The notes: generated by a model from the letters alone, not told the origin. DNA of 24,000 nucleotides from Rhodocyclaceae bacterium (GCA_036824045.1 DAITAZ010000009.1:25389-49388); one strand, 5' to 3'. Positions 1 to 8,498 are shown, numbered from the stretch's first letter. Numbers and translations are program-made.

Positions 1-1
1 C

Positions 2-3000
2 TGCGGCCTGCAGCGGGCTGCCGATGGCGAACCGCGCCTGCTGTTCACCCGCGAAGGCGACGGCACCGTCACCTGGGCTTCCGCCCGGCTGCCGGAACTG
101 GAGGCCGCCCAGGCCTACTGGCTCATGCCCGTGGAACATGCGGATCTGCCGGGCGCGCCGGAGCATTTCGCCGCCCTCCAGGAGCTGCTGGAGACCGGCC
201 GTACCGTCAAACTGGAGCGTCTGCCCGCCAGCCGGGGCAGCGGCGCGGCGGCCGCGCCCTTCACCCTGGAAGCTCCGCCCCCCGTACTGCCCGCCGACGA
301 GGAACTGGCCCGCGCAGCCTTGGGCAGCAGCCCCCGTCGGCGCCGCACCGCCAGCCGCGTGCAGCCCCTCAAGGTGGCCGTCCACGCGGGGGACGTGAAC
401 TTCGTGGATCAACCGGTGCTGTGCGGCCATTCCATCGGCGACCCGATTTCCGGCCCCGAGGCGGCGCTGGACCGCATCCTCGAGGGCGCACTCACCGAGC
501 GGGAACGCCTCGGCCTCTACGCCTCGGAAGTGGGGACGTCGGCCATTGTGCTGCGCCAGCCCAATGAGCTGGAGCGGGCCCGGGGCAGCCTGCGCGGCGC
601 GGTGATCGTCGGTCTGGGCAAATACACCGGCCAGTTGAGCACCCAACAGATCACCGAAACCGTGCGCGGGGGCGTCCTGCGCTACCTGCTGCAGCGGCGC
701 GACACCCTTGGCCTGCCGCCGGATCACCCGGTGCAGCTCTACAGCGTGCTCATCGGCTCGGCCGGCGCGGCCACCGGCATCAGCGTGGCGGAATCGGTGG
801 TGGCCGTCACCCGCGGCGTGCTGCAGGCCAACCAGCAGTTCATGACGGCGCTGGGCAAGGGCGAAGGCCACGGGCAACCGGTGGCCAGCCTCAACTTCAT
901 CGAGATGTTCCGCGACACGGCCATCAGTGCCGCCTACACCGTGCGCGCCCTGGGCAAGACCCTGCAGGACGAGCTCAAGCGCCTGGGCGCCCGCGTCGAT
1001 GCCGCCAGCGAGCTGAGCTTCGGCCCCGGGGTGCGCCATCGCCTGAGCAACAGCGACAACACCGACTATTGGACCCGGCTCATCGTCACCGACCCGGACG
1101 GCGAATCCGGCGCGGCCGACGTCCGCCCCGCCCCGCCCCCCGGATCCGGCGACGCCGTCGATGCCTCCGCGGCTGAACACCGCTACCACCCGCAACGGCT
1201 CAAGTACGTTTTCCTCTCGCCCCGGGCACGGGCCGAGAGCGTGGCCCAGGTGCGCCAGCCAGGGTTGATCGAAACCATCATCCAGGGCCAGCGGAGCAAT
1301 CCCGCCAATAATCCCCGCCTGGGGCAACTGCTGTTCCAGCTCATGGTGCCCCTGGAATTCAAGGCTGCGGCTCGGGAACAGGCCAAGCTGATGCTGGTGC
1401 TGGACCAATACACCGCCAACCTGCCCTGGGAACTGCTGGAAGTGGAAGGCGGCCCCCTGGTGCTGCAAACGCCCATGGTGCGGCAACTGGCCACCCAGCG
1501 TTACCGCGCCCGGGTGAGCAACGCCGGCCGGGAAACCGCCTGCCTCATCGTTTCCCCCAGCACGGTCGGTTTCAACACCCGCTTCCCCACGGGCCCCGCG
1601 CGCCTGGCCCAGTTGCCCAAGGCGGTGGACGAGGGCACGGCGGTGGAGAACACCCTGAGGGAGAACGGCTGGGGCCCGGCGGACATCAAGGTCTGCCCCG
1701 AGGAATCCAGCGCCCTGGACGTACTCACCGCCCTCTACGAACAGCCCTACCGCATCCTGCTCATCGCCGGGCACGGCGTGTTCGAGGCCAAGGCCAAGGA
1801 CGGACGGCGCTACTCCGGCGTGGTGCTCTCCGACGGCCTGCTCCTCACCGCGGTGGAAATCGCCCAGATGGAGGTGGTGCCCGAAGTGGTGCTGCTCAGT
1901 TGCTGCCACCTGGGGAGCGTCAGCACCGACAGCAATCCCGACCGACTGGCCTATAGTCTGGCCCAGGAGTTGATCGAAATGGGCGTGCGCTGCGTGGTGG
2001 CCGCCGCCTGGGCGGTAGACGATGCGGCCGCCTGCACCTTCTCCCGCACCCTGTTCCGGGAACTGGCCGAGGGCGAGAACTTCGGCAAGGCCGTGTTCTG
2101 CGCCCGCCGCGCCACCTATCAGGCGCACCCGGGCTGCAACACCTGGGGGGCCTACCAGGCCTACGGCGATCCCTCCTACCGCCTGCGGCCCCAGGCCGCC
2201 AAGGCCCACGCCAGGCAAAAGCCGGCCTTTGTCGCCGTCGAAGAACTCCTCGCCAGCCTGGAACGCATTGCCCTGCGGCTGCGCACCGCCAACCCGGACG
2301 CGGGCGCCCCCCCGCTGAAGCGGCTGCGTCAGGAACTGCAGCAGGAGCTCGATCGGTGCCCTCCCGAATGGAGCGAATCGCCCGAGGTGCTCCAGGCGCT
2401 GGGCCGCATCTACTCGGAGCTGGGTGAAGACGGCTTCGAGGAAGCCCGGCGCTGCTATCTCACAGCCTTGCAGACCGACGATGCGGGCGGCCGGGTGGCC
2501 GTACGCACCATCGAGCAGCTCGCCAATCTGGAAGTGCGGCTGGCGGAAGCCCTGGCCGCCCGGGGCGAACTCGCCCAGGCGGAAAAGCTGGCGGATTTCG
2601 CCATCGTCCGCCTCCACGGCCTCAAGGCCACCGTGGATGGCGGCGACGCCATCTCCCGCGCCAATACGGAGCGGGCCGTGCTCCTGGGTAGCGCCAACAA
2701 GCACCGGGCGGCCATCAGCGCCTGCAGCCCCGGCGCTGACTGGAATACCGTGTCCAAACTGCTGGGCGAGGCGGCCCTCGCCTATGGCGCCGCAGTTGCC
2801 GGCCCGGCCCAGGCCTCGCCCAACAACACCCTCAACCGCCTGCAACTGGAAGCCCTGGCGACCCCCCCCGCCGACCCGGCAACCGCGATTGCCCTGGCCA
2901 AGGAATGCGGTCAGGAGGCCAACCGGCGCTTTGCCGCCAGCCGCAGCTTCTGGGACGCCGTGGGCGCTGCGGACGCGGTGCTCACCGCCTGGCTGCTGGG

Positions 3001-3286
3001 TGAGGCGCTCGACCGCCCCGCCCATACCCTGCTCAAGCGCTACCAGGATGCCACCGCCAGCGTGCCGGGCTCCGCCCGGCAGTGGAACTCGGTGCTCAAG
3101 CAGTGGCGGCTGCTGGCCGGTTTTCTCCGCCTGCGCGCCCGCAACGGCGACGACACGACGGCGGCGGAACTGGAAAAGCTGATGCGCCTGCACGGGGGCG
3201 GCGAGGAACCCGCCGCCGAAGCGGTGGAACGGGTGGCCCCGGCTGGCGCCAACACTCCACCCCCACGCAAGGGGCGGAAAGGCTGA
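2..3286 (+). CDS. CHAT-domain (caspase-like protease fold) multidomain protein, 5'-truncated by the window edge
   Basis: The reading frame is open from nt 2 with no stop (CGLQRAADGEPRLLFTREGDGTVTWASARLP...YWLMPVEHADLP precedes the first ATG at 125), so the gene continues upstream. CHAT hallmarks are present: YRILLIAGHG (His at nt 1772-1774) and VVLLSCCHLG (Cys-Cys at nt 1901-1906), followed by GVRCVVAAAWAVDD. The middle region (about nt 362-1024), with ...GAVIVGLGKYTGQLS..., resembles the macro-like N-terminal domain of M17 aminopeptidases. The last ~330 aa are alanine/leucine-rich helical repeats (TPR-like) ending in a basic tail PPPRKGRKG. Confidence 0.85.
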   Translation, partial: CGLQRAADGEPRLLFTREGDGTVTWASARLPELEAAQAYWLMPVEHADLPGAPEHFAALQELLETGRTVKLERLPASRGSGAAAAPFTLEAPPPVLPADEELARAALGSSPRRRRTASRVQPLKVAVHAGDVNFVDQPVLCGHSIGDPISGPEAALDRILEGALTERERLGLYASEVGTSAIVLRQPNELERARGSLRGAVIVGLGKYTGQLSTQQITETVRGGVLRYLLQRRDTLGLPPDHPVQLYSVLIGSAGAATGISVAESVVAVTRGVLQANQQFMTALGKGEGHGQPVASLNFIEMFRDTAISAAYTVRALGKTLQDELKRLGARVDAASELSFGPGVRHRLSNSDNTDYWTRLIVTDPDGESGAADVRPAPPPGSGDAVDASAAEHRYHPQRLKYVFLSPRARAESVAQVRQPGLIETIIQGQRSNPANNPRLGQLLFQLMVPLEFKAAAREQAKLMLVLDQYTANLPWELLEVEGGPLVLQTPMVRQLATQRYRARVSNAGRETACLIVSPSTVGFNTRFPTGPARLAQLPKAVDEGTAVENTLRENGWGPADIKVCPEESSALDVLTALYEQPYRILLIAGHGVFEAKAKDGRRYSGVVLSDGLLLTAVEIAQMEVVPEVVLLSCCHLGSVSTDSNPDRLAYSLAQELIEMGVRCVVAAAWAVDDAAACTFSRTLFRELAEGENFGKAVFCARRATYQAHPGCNTWGAYQAYGDPSYRLRPQAAKAHARQKPAFVAVEELLASLERIALRLRTANPDAGAPPLKRLRQELQQELDRCPPEWSESPEVLQALGRIYSELGEDGFEEARRCYLTALQTDDAGGRVAVRTIEQLANLEVRLAEALAARGELAQAEKLADFAIVRLHGLKATVDGGDAISRANTERAVLLGSANKHRAAISACSPGADWNTVSKLLGEAALAYGAAVAGPAQASPNNTLNRLQLEALATPPADPATAIALAKECGQEANRRFAASRSFWDAVGAADAVLTAWLLGEALDRPAHTLLKRYQDATASVPGSARQWNSVLKQWRLLAGFLRLRARNGDDTTAAELEKLMRLHGGGEEPAAEAVERVAPAGANTPPPRKGRKG

Positions 3287-3296
3287 TCGGTCCGAA

Positions 3297-3328
3297 CGCC
3301 CGGGTAACCGCCGGGGGCCACCCGGGCG
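3297..3328 (+). other. GC-rich hairpin just after the CHAT gene stop (9-bp stem cgcccgggt/acccgggcg, 14-nt loop), no U-tract
   Basis: The arms were read directly as perfect reverse complements at 3297-3305 and 3320-3328. There is no T-run downstream, so it may be only a weak or Rho-assisted terminator or an RNA-stabilising structure. Confidence 0.3.
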
Positions 3329-3346
3329 CCGCCGAGCAAGAGGTGT

Positions 3347-3375
3347 TTGACTTTCGCCCCACCAGAAAGTAACTT
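3347..3375 (+). promoter_or_regulatory. sigma70-type promoter candidate for the metX leader (TTGACT-N17-TAACTT)
   Basis: The -35 TTGACT (3347-3352) and -10-like TAACTT (3370-3375) are separated by a 17-nt spacer. The predicted start near 3382 coincides with the 5' end of the putative riboswitch. Confidence 0.45.
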
Positions 3376-3380
3376 CCTCC

Positions 3381-3437
3381 GACAGCGCCGATTTGAATGA
3401 TCAGCTTGCGGGCGCTCAACAAATACGGCTAAAGCGA
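3381..3437 (+). promoter_or_regulatory. candidate SAM-II (metA-type / SAM-alpha) riboswitch aptamer
   Basis: P1 stem AGCGCC (3384-3389) pairs with GGCGCT (3411-3416). The enclosed loop carries GAUUU and GCUU (3404-3407). GCUU can pair with the 3' tail AAAGC (3431-3435, within GCUAAAGC) to form an H-type pseudoknot. This arrangement matches my recollection of the SAM-II consensus. It sits upstream of metX, the classic SAM-II-controlled gene class. Confidence 0.6.
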
Positions 3438-3441
3438 GGGC

Positions 3442-3480
3442 AACCCAGTCCGCGCCAGCGCCGACTGGGTTTTTCGTTTC
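3442..3480 (+). terminator. Rho-independent terminator (expression platform of the metX leader)
   Basis: The stem aacccagtc (3442-3450) / gactgggtt (3463-3471) has a 12-nt loop and is followed by TTTTCGTTTC. It lies 5 nt after the aptamer and ~90 nt before the metX start. Confidence 0.75.
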
Positions 3481-3568
3481 TGGATGCCCCCGGCGGGGAC
3501 GGCCACGGCCAACTGCCGCAGCAGAGAGCCAGAGCGGGCAAGCCCAGCGTTTTCTATCGAGGCGTAAC

Positions 3569-4711
3569 TTGAGTCATTTGGAACTGCTGACCGGCGACAG
3601 CGTCGGTGCCGTGGAGGCCAGAAAGGCGCGGTTTGCCGAGCCTCTGGCGCTCAAATGCGGCACCAGCCTGTCGAATTACGATCTGGTCTACGAGACCTAC
3701 GGCGAGTTGAACGCGGCGGGCACCAACGCGGTGCTGATCTGCCACGCCCTTTCCGGCTCCCACCATGTGGCCGGTGTCTATGCGGACAATCCCAACGCAG
3801 TCGGCTGGTGGGACAACCTGATCGGCCCCGGCAAACCCCTGGATACCCGCCGCTTCTTCGTGGTCGGCGTCAACAACCTGGGTGGCTGCCACGGCTCCAC
3901 CGGGCCCTCGACGGTCAACCCTTCCACCGGGAAACCCTGGGGCGCGGAGTTCCCGGTGATGACCGTGGAAGACTGGGTGGAATCCCAGGCCCGGCTGGCG
4001 GACCGGCTGGGCATCGGGCGCTGGGCGGCGGTGATGGGGGGAAGCCTGGGCGGCATGCAGGCCCTGCAGTGGACCTTGAGCTACCCGGAGCGGGTGGCCC
4101 ACGCTTTGGTGATCGCTTCTGCGCCCAAACTGACAGCGCAGAACATCGCCTTCAACGACGTGGCCCGCCAGGCCATCCTCACCGACCCGGATTTCCACGG
4201 CGGTCATTTCTACGGCCAGGGCGTGGTGCCCACCCGCGGTCTGCGTCTGGCCCGGATGCTGGGCCACATCACCTACCTGTCCGACGACAACATGGCATCC
4301 AAGTTCGGCCGCCTGTTGCGCTCGGGGGAATACAAGTTCGGCTTCGACGTGGAGTTCGAGATTGAGTCCTACCTGCGCTACCAGGGGGACAAGTTCGCCG
4401 GCTTCTTCGACGCCAACACCTATCTGCTGATGACAAAGGCGCTGGATTACTTCGATCCGGCATCCGCCTGCGGCGGCGATCTCTCCCAGGCCCTGGCACG
4501 GGCCAGGGCGCGCTTCCTGGTGGCGTCCTTCACCACCGACTGGCGGTTCTCGCCCGCGCGCTCCCGGGAGATCGTCGAGGCCTTGCTGGACAACGGCCTG
4601 GATGTCTCCTACGCCGAGATCGAAAGCCCGGACGGGCATGATTCCTTCCTGATGGCGGACCCGCACTACCACGCCATCCTCCGCGCCTATTTCGACAACG
4701 TGCTGCCATGA
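3569..4711 (+). CDS. metX: homoserine O-acyltransferase MetX (acetyl/succinyl-transferring alpha/beta hydrolase)
   Basis: The 380-aa ORF has typical MetX sequence (DSVG...[44 protein letters not shown]; [12 protein letters not shown] nucleophile elbow). It starts at TTG 3569, with GAGG 6 nt upstream. Confidence 0.93.
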   Translation: MSHLELLTGDSVGAVEARKARFAEPLALKCGTSLSNYDLVYETYGELNAAGTNAVLICHALSGSHHVAGVYADNPNAVGWWDNLIGPGKPLDTRRFFVVGVNNLGGCHGSTGPSTVNPSTGKPWGAEFPVMTVEDWVESQARLADRLGIGRWAAVMGGSLGGMQALQWTLSYPERVAHALVIASAPKLTAQNIAFNDVARQAILTDPDFHGGHFYGQGVVPTRGLRLARMLGHITYLSDDNMASKFGRLLRSGEYKFGFDVEFEIESYLRYQGDKFAGFFDANTYLLMTKALDYFDPASACGGDLSQALARARARFLVASFTTDWRFSPARSREIVEALLDNGLDVSYAEIESPDGHDSFLMADPHYHAILRAYFDNVLP

Positions 4712-5307
4712 ACGCCGCTACCGTACTCACCCGGCCCGATTACGAGGTCATCGCCAGTTTCATCCAGCCCGGCGAGCGGGTGCTCGACCTGGGCTGCGGC
4801 GACGGCTCGCTGCTGCGCTATCTGAAGGAAACCCTCAACGTCCGCGGCTACGGCGTGGAAATCGAACCCGCCCGGGTACTGGCCGGCATCCGCAATGGCG
4901 TGAACGTCATCCAGAGCGACCTGGAAACCGGCCTTTCCGGCTTTGGCGACGGCGCCTTCGACCATGTCATCCTGTCCCTCACCCTGCAGGCCATGCGCAA
5001 CACCGAAGGCGCGCTCAAGGAACTGCTGCGGGTGGGGCGGGATGCCATCGTCAGCTTTCCCAACTTCGGCTACTGGCGGCACCGCTCGGCCATCCTCAAC
5101 GGCCGCATGCCGGTGTCGGAGACCCTGCCCTACCAGTGGTACAACACCCCCAACCTGCGCTTTTTCACCATGGCGGACTTCGAGGCCCTGTGCCAGACCT
5201 TGGGCATCATCATCCGCGATCGCCGCGCTCTGGATGGCGGCACCGTGGTGACGGACGAGCCGAATTTCATGGCCAGCGTGGCGGTGTACCGCCTGCGCGC
5301 AGGATGA
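4708..5307 (+). CDS. metW: methionine biosynthesis protein MetW (SAM-methyltransferase fold)
   Basis: The 199-aa ORF carries the [12 protein letters not shown] motif and forms the canonical metX-metW pair. Its ATG overlaps the metX stop (ATGA at 4708-4711). Confidence 0.92.
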   Translation: MNAATVLTRPDYEVIASFIQPGERVLDLGCGDGSLLRYLKETLNVRGYGVEIEPARVLAGIRNGVNVIQSDLETGLSGFGDGAFDHVILSLTLQAMRNTEGALKELLRVGRDAIVSFPNFGYWRHRSAILNGRMPVSETLPYQWYNTPNLRFFTMADFEALCQTLGIIIRDRRALDGGTVVTDEPNFMASVAVYRLRAG

Positions 5308-6614
5308 GCGGCGGCCCGCAGGGCCCGGAACCCGGGGCAGCCGGGCCGGACAAACCCGGGCTGTGGCAGGCGCTGGCCAACCGCCGGATGCTGGTGTGCA
5401 TCTTCACCGGCTTCACCTCCGGCTTGCCGCTCTACCTGCTGCTCAACCTGCTGCCCGCCTGGCTCAAGACGGAGGGCATCAGCCTCAAGGCCATCGGCGC
5501 CTTTGCCCTGATCCAGTTCCCCTACACCTGGAAGTTCCTCTGGGCGCCGCTGCTGGACCGCTACGCGCTGCCCTGGCTGGGTCGCCGCCGGGGCTGGATG
5601 GCGCTCACCCAGATCGCCCTGCTCGCGGCCATCGCCTGGCTCGGCCAGCTCTCGCCCAAGGATGACCTGAGCCTCATCGTCGGCCTCACCGCCGGAATCG
5701 CCTTCCTCTCCGCCACCCTGGACATCGCCCTGGACGCCTTCCGCCGCGAACTCCTGGCAGACACGGAACTGGGCCTGGGCAACGCGGTACACGTGAATGC
5801 CTACAAGCTGGCAGGCCTGGTGCCCGGCTCGCTGTCCCTGATCCTGGCGGACCACCTGCCCTGGCAGCAGGTGTTTGCCGTCACGGCCCTGTTCATGGCT
5901 CCCGGCCTGGCCATGACCCTGCTGGCCGCCGAGCCCCGCACCTCGGGCACCGCTCCCCGCACCCTGCGCGAGGCAGTGGTGGAGCCCTTCCACGAATTCA
6001 TCCACCGCAGCGGCTGGCGCGTCGCCCTGTGGGTGCTGGGCTTCATCTTCCTCTACAAGCTGGGGGATTCCCTGTGCACGGCACTGGCCACGCCCTTCTA
6101 CCTGGACATGGGCTATACCAAGACCGACATCGGCCTGGTGGCCAAGCACGCCGGCTTGTGGCCTAGCGTCATCGGCGGCCTGCTGGGGGGGCTGTGGATG
6201 GTCAGGACCGGCATCAACCGGGCATTGTGGCTGTTTGGCGTGGTTCAGGCGCTGGCCATCCTGGGCTTCGCCTGGCTGGCGTGGCTCGGGCCCGCCCCGG
6301 CGGACCCGCAGCGGCTGGCCGTGCTGGCCGGGGTGATCGGGGTCGAAGCGCTGGGCGTGGGCCTGGGCACCGCCGCCTTTGTCGCCTTCATCGCCCGCAC
6401 CACCCACCCGGCCTACACCGCCACCCAGTTTGCCCTCTTCACAAGCCTGGCGGCGGTACCGCGCACCTTCATCAACGCTTCCGCCGGCTGGCTGGTGGAG
6501 AGCCTGGGCTGGTTCGGGTTCTTTCTCCTGTGCTTCGTACTGGCCGCCCCCGGCATGGCCTTGCTGGCCAAAGTGGCGCCCTGGGGCGACGATCCGCCGG
6601 CCCACCAACCATGA
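5304..6614 (+). CDS. ampG: AmpG-family muropeptide/MFS permease
   Basis: Polytopic membrane protein with AmpG-like N-terminus (FTGFTSGLPLYLLLNLLPAWLKTEGISLKAIGAFALIQFPYTWKFLWAPLLDRY). The start is placed at ATG 5304, overlapping the metW stop (ATGA 5304-5307). The longer ORF-track start at 5136 lies inside metW. Confidence 0.88.
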   Translation: MSGGPQGPEPGAAGPDKPGLWQALANRRMLVCIFTGFTSGLPLYLLLNLLPAWLKTEGISLKAIGAFALIQFPYTWKFLWAPLLDRYALPWLGRRRGWMALTQIALLAAIAWLGQLSPKDDLSLIVGLTAGIAFLSATLDIALDAFRRELLADTELGLGNAVHVNAYKLAGLVPGSLSLILADHLPWQQVFAVTALFMAPGLAMTLLAAEPRTSGTAPRTLREAVVEPFHEFIHRSGWRVALWVLGFIFLYKLGDSLCTALATPFYLDMGYTKTDIGLVAKHAGLWPSVIGGLLGGLWMVRTGINRALWLFGVVQALAILGFAWLAWLGPAPADPQRLAVLAGVIGVEALGVGLGTAAFVAFIARTTHPAYTATQFALFTSLAAVPRTFINASAGWLVESLGWFGFFLLCFVLAAPGMALLAKVAPWGDDPPAHQP

Positions 6615-7312
6615 GCGCTCGCCGACGCGAATGCCTGGCTGGCGCGCAGGCCCAGTTGCCGCTGCAACTGGGCATCCTGCCCTTTGGCGCGCTCTATGGT
6701 CTGGGCGCCCTGCAAGCAGGCATGCCGGCCTGGCTGGCCCAGGCGGCTTCCGCCATCGTCTTCGCCGGTGCCGCGCAACTGGTGCTGGTGCAGATGCTCA
6801 CTGCCGGTGCCGGCTGGGGGCCGATCTTCGCCACCGGAAGCCTGCTCAACCTGCGCCATGTGCTCTACAGCGCCTCGGTGGCCGAGTACCTGGGGAGCCT
6901 GCCCCGGCGGTGGCGCCTGCTCCTGGCCTACCTGCTCACGGACGAAGCCTTCGCCGTGGGCATCCTCCGCTACCGGGACCCACCCGGGGAGGAGGACGTG
7001 CGCCACTGGTACTTCCTCGGCGCCGGGCTCACCATGTGGGCAAGCTGGCAGCTCTCCACCGCCATCGGCATCCTCTTCGGCACCGCACTGCCGCCGGAAT
7101 GGGATCTGGACTTCGCCGTGCCCCTCACATTCATCGCCTTGCTCACCCTGCTCCTGCGTCATCAGGGTGGCCGGCTTGCCGCCGCCGTGGCCGCCGTGGC
7201 CGCGGTGATGCTGGCGGCGCTGCCCTACAAGCTGGGACTCGTCGCCGCCATCCTCCTCGCCCTGGCGGTGGCGGGCTGGCGCGGCGAAAGCAGCGAAGGG
7301 GAGGCGCCGTGA
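6611..7312 (+). CDS. azlC: AzlC-family branched-chain amino acid (and possibly methionine) exporter subunit
   Basis: 233-aa membrane protein (LPLQLGILPFGALYGLGALQAG...AIVFAGAAQLVLVQML). Its ATG 6611 overlaps the ampG stop (ATGA 6611-6614), and it is followed by an azlD-like gene. Confidence 0.85.
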   Translation: MSARRRECLAGAQAQLPLQLGILPFGALYGLGALQAGMPAWLAQAASAIVFAGAAQLVLVQMLTAGAGWGPIFATGSLLNLRHVLYSASVAEYLGSLPRRWRLLLAYLLTDEAFAVGILRYRDPPGEEDVRHWYFLGAGLTMWASWQLSTAIGILFGTALPPEWDLDFAVPLTFIALLTLLLRHQGGRLAAAVAAVAAVMLAALPYKLGLVAAILLALAVAGWRGESSEGEAP

Positions 7313-7394
7313 GCGCGGCGCTCTTGCCGCCGCGACAGGCCAGCGCCACGCCTGCCCCGGTGAGGAGGCCGCACGGGGGCAGAAAGGAGGCCCT

Positions 7395-7730
7395 GTGGGC
7401 ACACTGGCCCTGCTGAGCCTGCTGCTGGCCCTCGGGCTGGTGACCTTTCTCTACCGCTATTCAATGATCGGCCTGCTGGCCGGGCGACGCCTGCCCGGCT
7501 GGCTGCACAGCATCTGCCGCAACATCGCCCCGGCCAGCTTCGCTGCCCTCACCGCCACCGCGCTGTTCGTGCAGGACGGCGGGCCGCATCTCGATCTCAC
7601 CCAGCCCAAACCCTGGGCGGCCCTGGTGGCAGCGCTGGTAGCGTGGCGCAGCGGCAGCGTGCTGGGGACGATCGCCGCCGGCATGGCCACCCTGGCGCTG
7701 CTCAAACACTTCGGTCCCCTGGCGGGCTGA
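7395..7730 (+). CDS. azlD: AzlD-family small membrane subunit of the AzlCD exporter
   Basis: 111-aa hydrophobic protein (LGLVTFLYRYSMIGLLAGRRLPGWL...). It starts at GTG 7395, preceded by AAAGGAGG at 7383-7390. Confidence 0.82.
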   Translation: MGTLALLSLLLALGLVTFLYRYSMIGLLAGRRLPGWLHSICRNIAPASFAALTATALFVQDGGPHLDLTQPKPWAALVAALVAWRSGSVLGTIAAGMATLALLKHFGPLAG

Positions 7731-7739
7731 GGCGGGCAA

Positions 7740-7757
7740 GCGGGCTACAATCGCGCC
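7740..7757 (+). promoter_or_regulatory. putative -10 region (TACAAT 7746-7751) with GC-rich discriminator, upstream of the UDG gene
   Basis: GCGGGCTACAATCGCGCC lies 25 nt before ATG 7782. No convincing -35 was found. A 16/18-identical copy precedes thrH. Confidence 0.3.
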
Positions 7758-7781
7758 GTTCTTCAGCCCGCCCCCGCGCCC

Positions 7782-8498
7782 ATGGCCCCGCACCCTCTCG
7801 TTGTCGCCGCCGACCAGTTGCGGCACACCCTGGCGCCGCTGCGCTTTGCCGCCCCGGTCAGCCACGTCTACAACCCCCTGGACTACGCCTGGAACGCCCA
7901 CTGTCAGTACCTGGAACGCTACGGCAGCGGGCCTCGGCGCGTGGTTTTCCTGGGCATGAATCCGGGGCCCTTCGGCATGGTGCAAACCGGCGTGCCCTTT
8001 GGCGAAATTGCAGCCGTACGCGACTGGATGGGTATTGCCAGCGGTGTGGAAAAGCCTGCGGTGGAAAACCCGAAGCGGCCCATCGAAGGGTTTGCCTGCA
8101 CGCGTTCCGAGGTCAGCGGGCAACGGCTGTGGGGCCTATTCCGCGAACGTTTCGGCAGTGCGGAAGCCTTTTTCGCCGATCACTTCGTGGCCAACTACTG
8201 TCCGCTGGCTTTTTTCGATCAGGGTCGCAACCTGACACCGGACAAACTGCCCGCCGCGGAGCAGGAAACCCTGCTGGCGGCCTGCGACGCGCACCTGCGA
8301 CAGATGATGCTCGCCCTCCAGCCCGAGTGGCTGATCGGTGTTGGCGCCTACGCCGAGGCCCAGGCCCGGCGCGCGCTCGCGGGCCTGCCCGTTGCCATTG
8401 CTCGGGTGCTCCACCCCAGCCCGGCCAGCCCCGCCGCCAACCGGGGCTGGAGTGCCGCCGCCCTCAAGCAGTTGCTGGAGCAGGGCGTGTGGCACTGA
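7782..8498 (+). CDS. SMUG1-family (UDG family 3) uracil-DNA glycosylase
   Basis: VVFLGMNPGPFGMVQTGVPFGE and HPSPASPAANRGW match the two catalytic motifs of SMUG1-type glycosylases (GMNPGPFGMAQTGVPFG; HPSPRNPQANKGW). Confidence 0.85.
   Translation: MAPHPLVVAADQLRHTLAPLRFAAPVSHVYNPLDYAWNAHCQYLERYGSGPRRVVFLGMNPGPFGMVQTGVPFGEIAAVRDWMGIASGVEKPAVENPKRPIEGFACTRSEVSGQRLWGLFRERFGSAEAFFADHFVANYCPLAFFDQGRNLTPDKLPAAEQETLLAACDAHLRQMMLALQPEWLIGVGAYAEAQARRALAGLPVAIARVLHPSPASPAANRGWSAAALKQLLEQGVWH

Noticed and set aside
125-127. ATG at 125 as the true start of the CHAT protein (ORF-track start)
   Set aside because: The same frame is open without a stop back to nt 2 and encodes protein-like sequence (…FTREGDGTVTWASARLP…), so the gene most likely begins upstream of the window.
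3554-4672. 372-aa minus-strand ORF antisense to metX
   Set aside because: It mirrors a gene with unmistakable MetX motifs. Its composition (Arg/Gly/Pro/His/Gln-rich) is typical of antisense frames in high-GC DNA, and no recognisable motifs are present.
5130-6608. 492-aa minus-strand ORF antisense to ampG, and the N-terminally extended + ORFs starting at 5136 and 6194
   Set aside because: The antisense frame has no protein-like features. The extended + starts lie inside the preceding genes. The ATGA-coupled internal starts (5304, 6611) coincide with where family-typical sequence begins.
6379-7416. 345-aa (+) and 329-aa (-) ORFs overlapping azlC
   Set aside because: These are out-of-frame or antisense shadows of a hydrophobic AzlC membrane protein. 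They are Pro/Arg/Gly-rich low-complexity translations.
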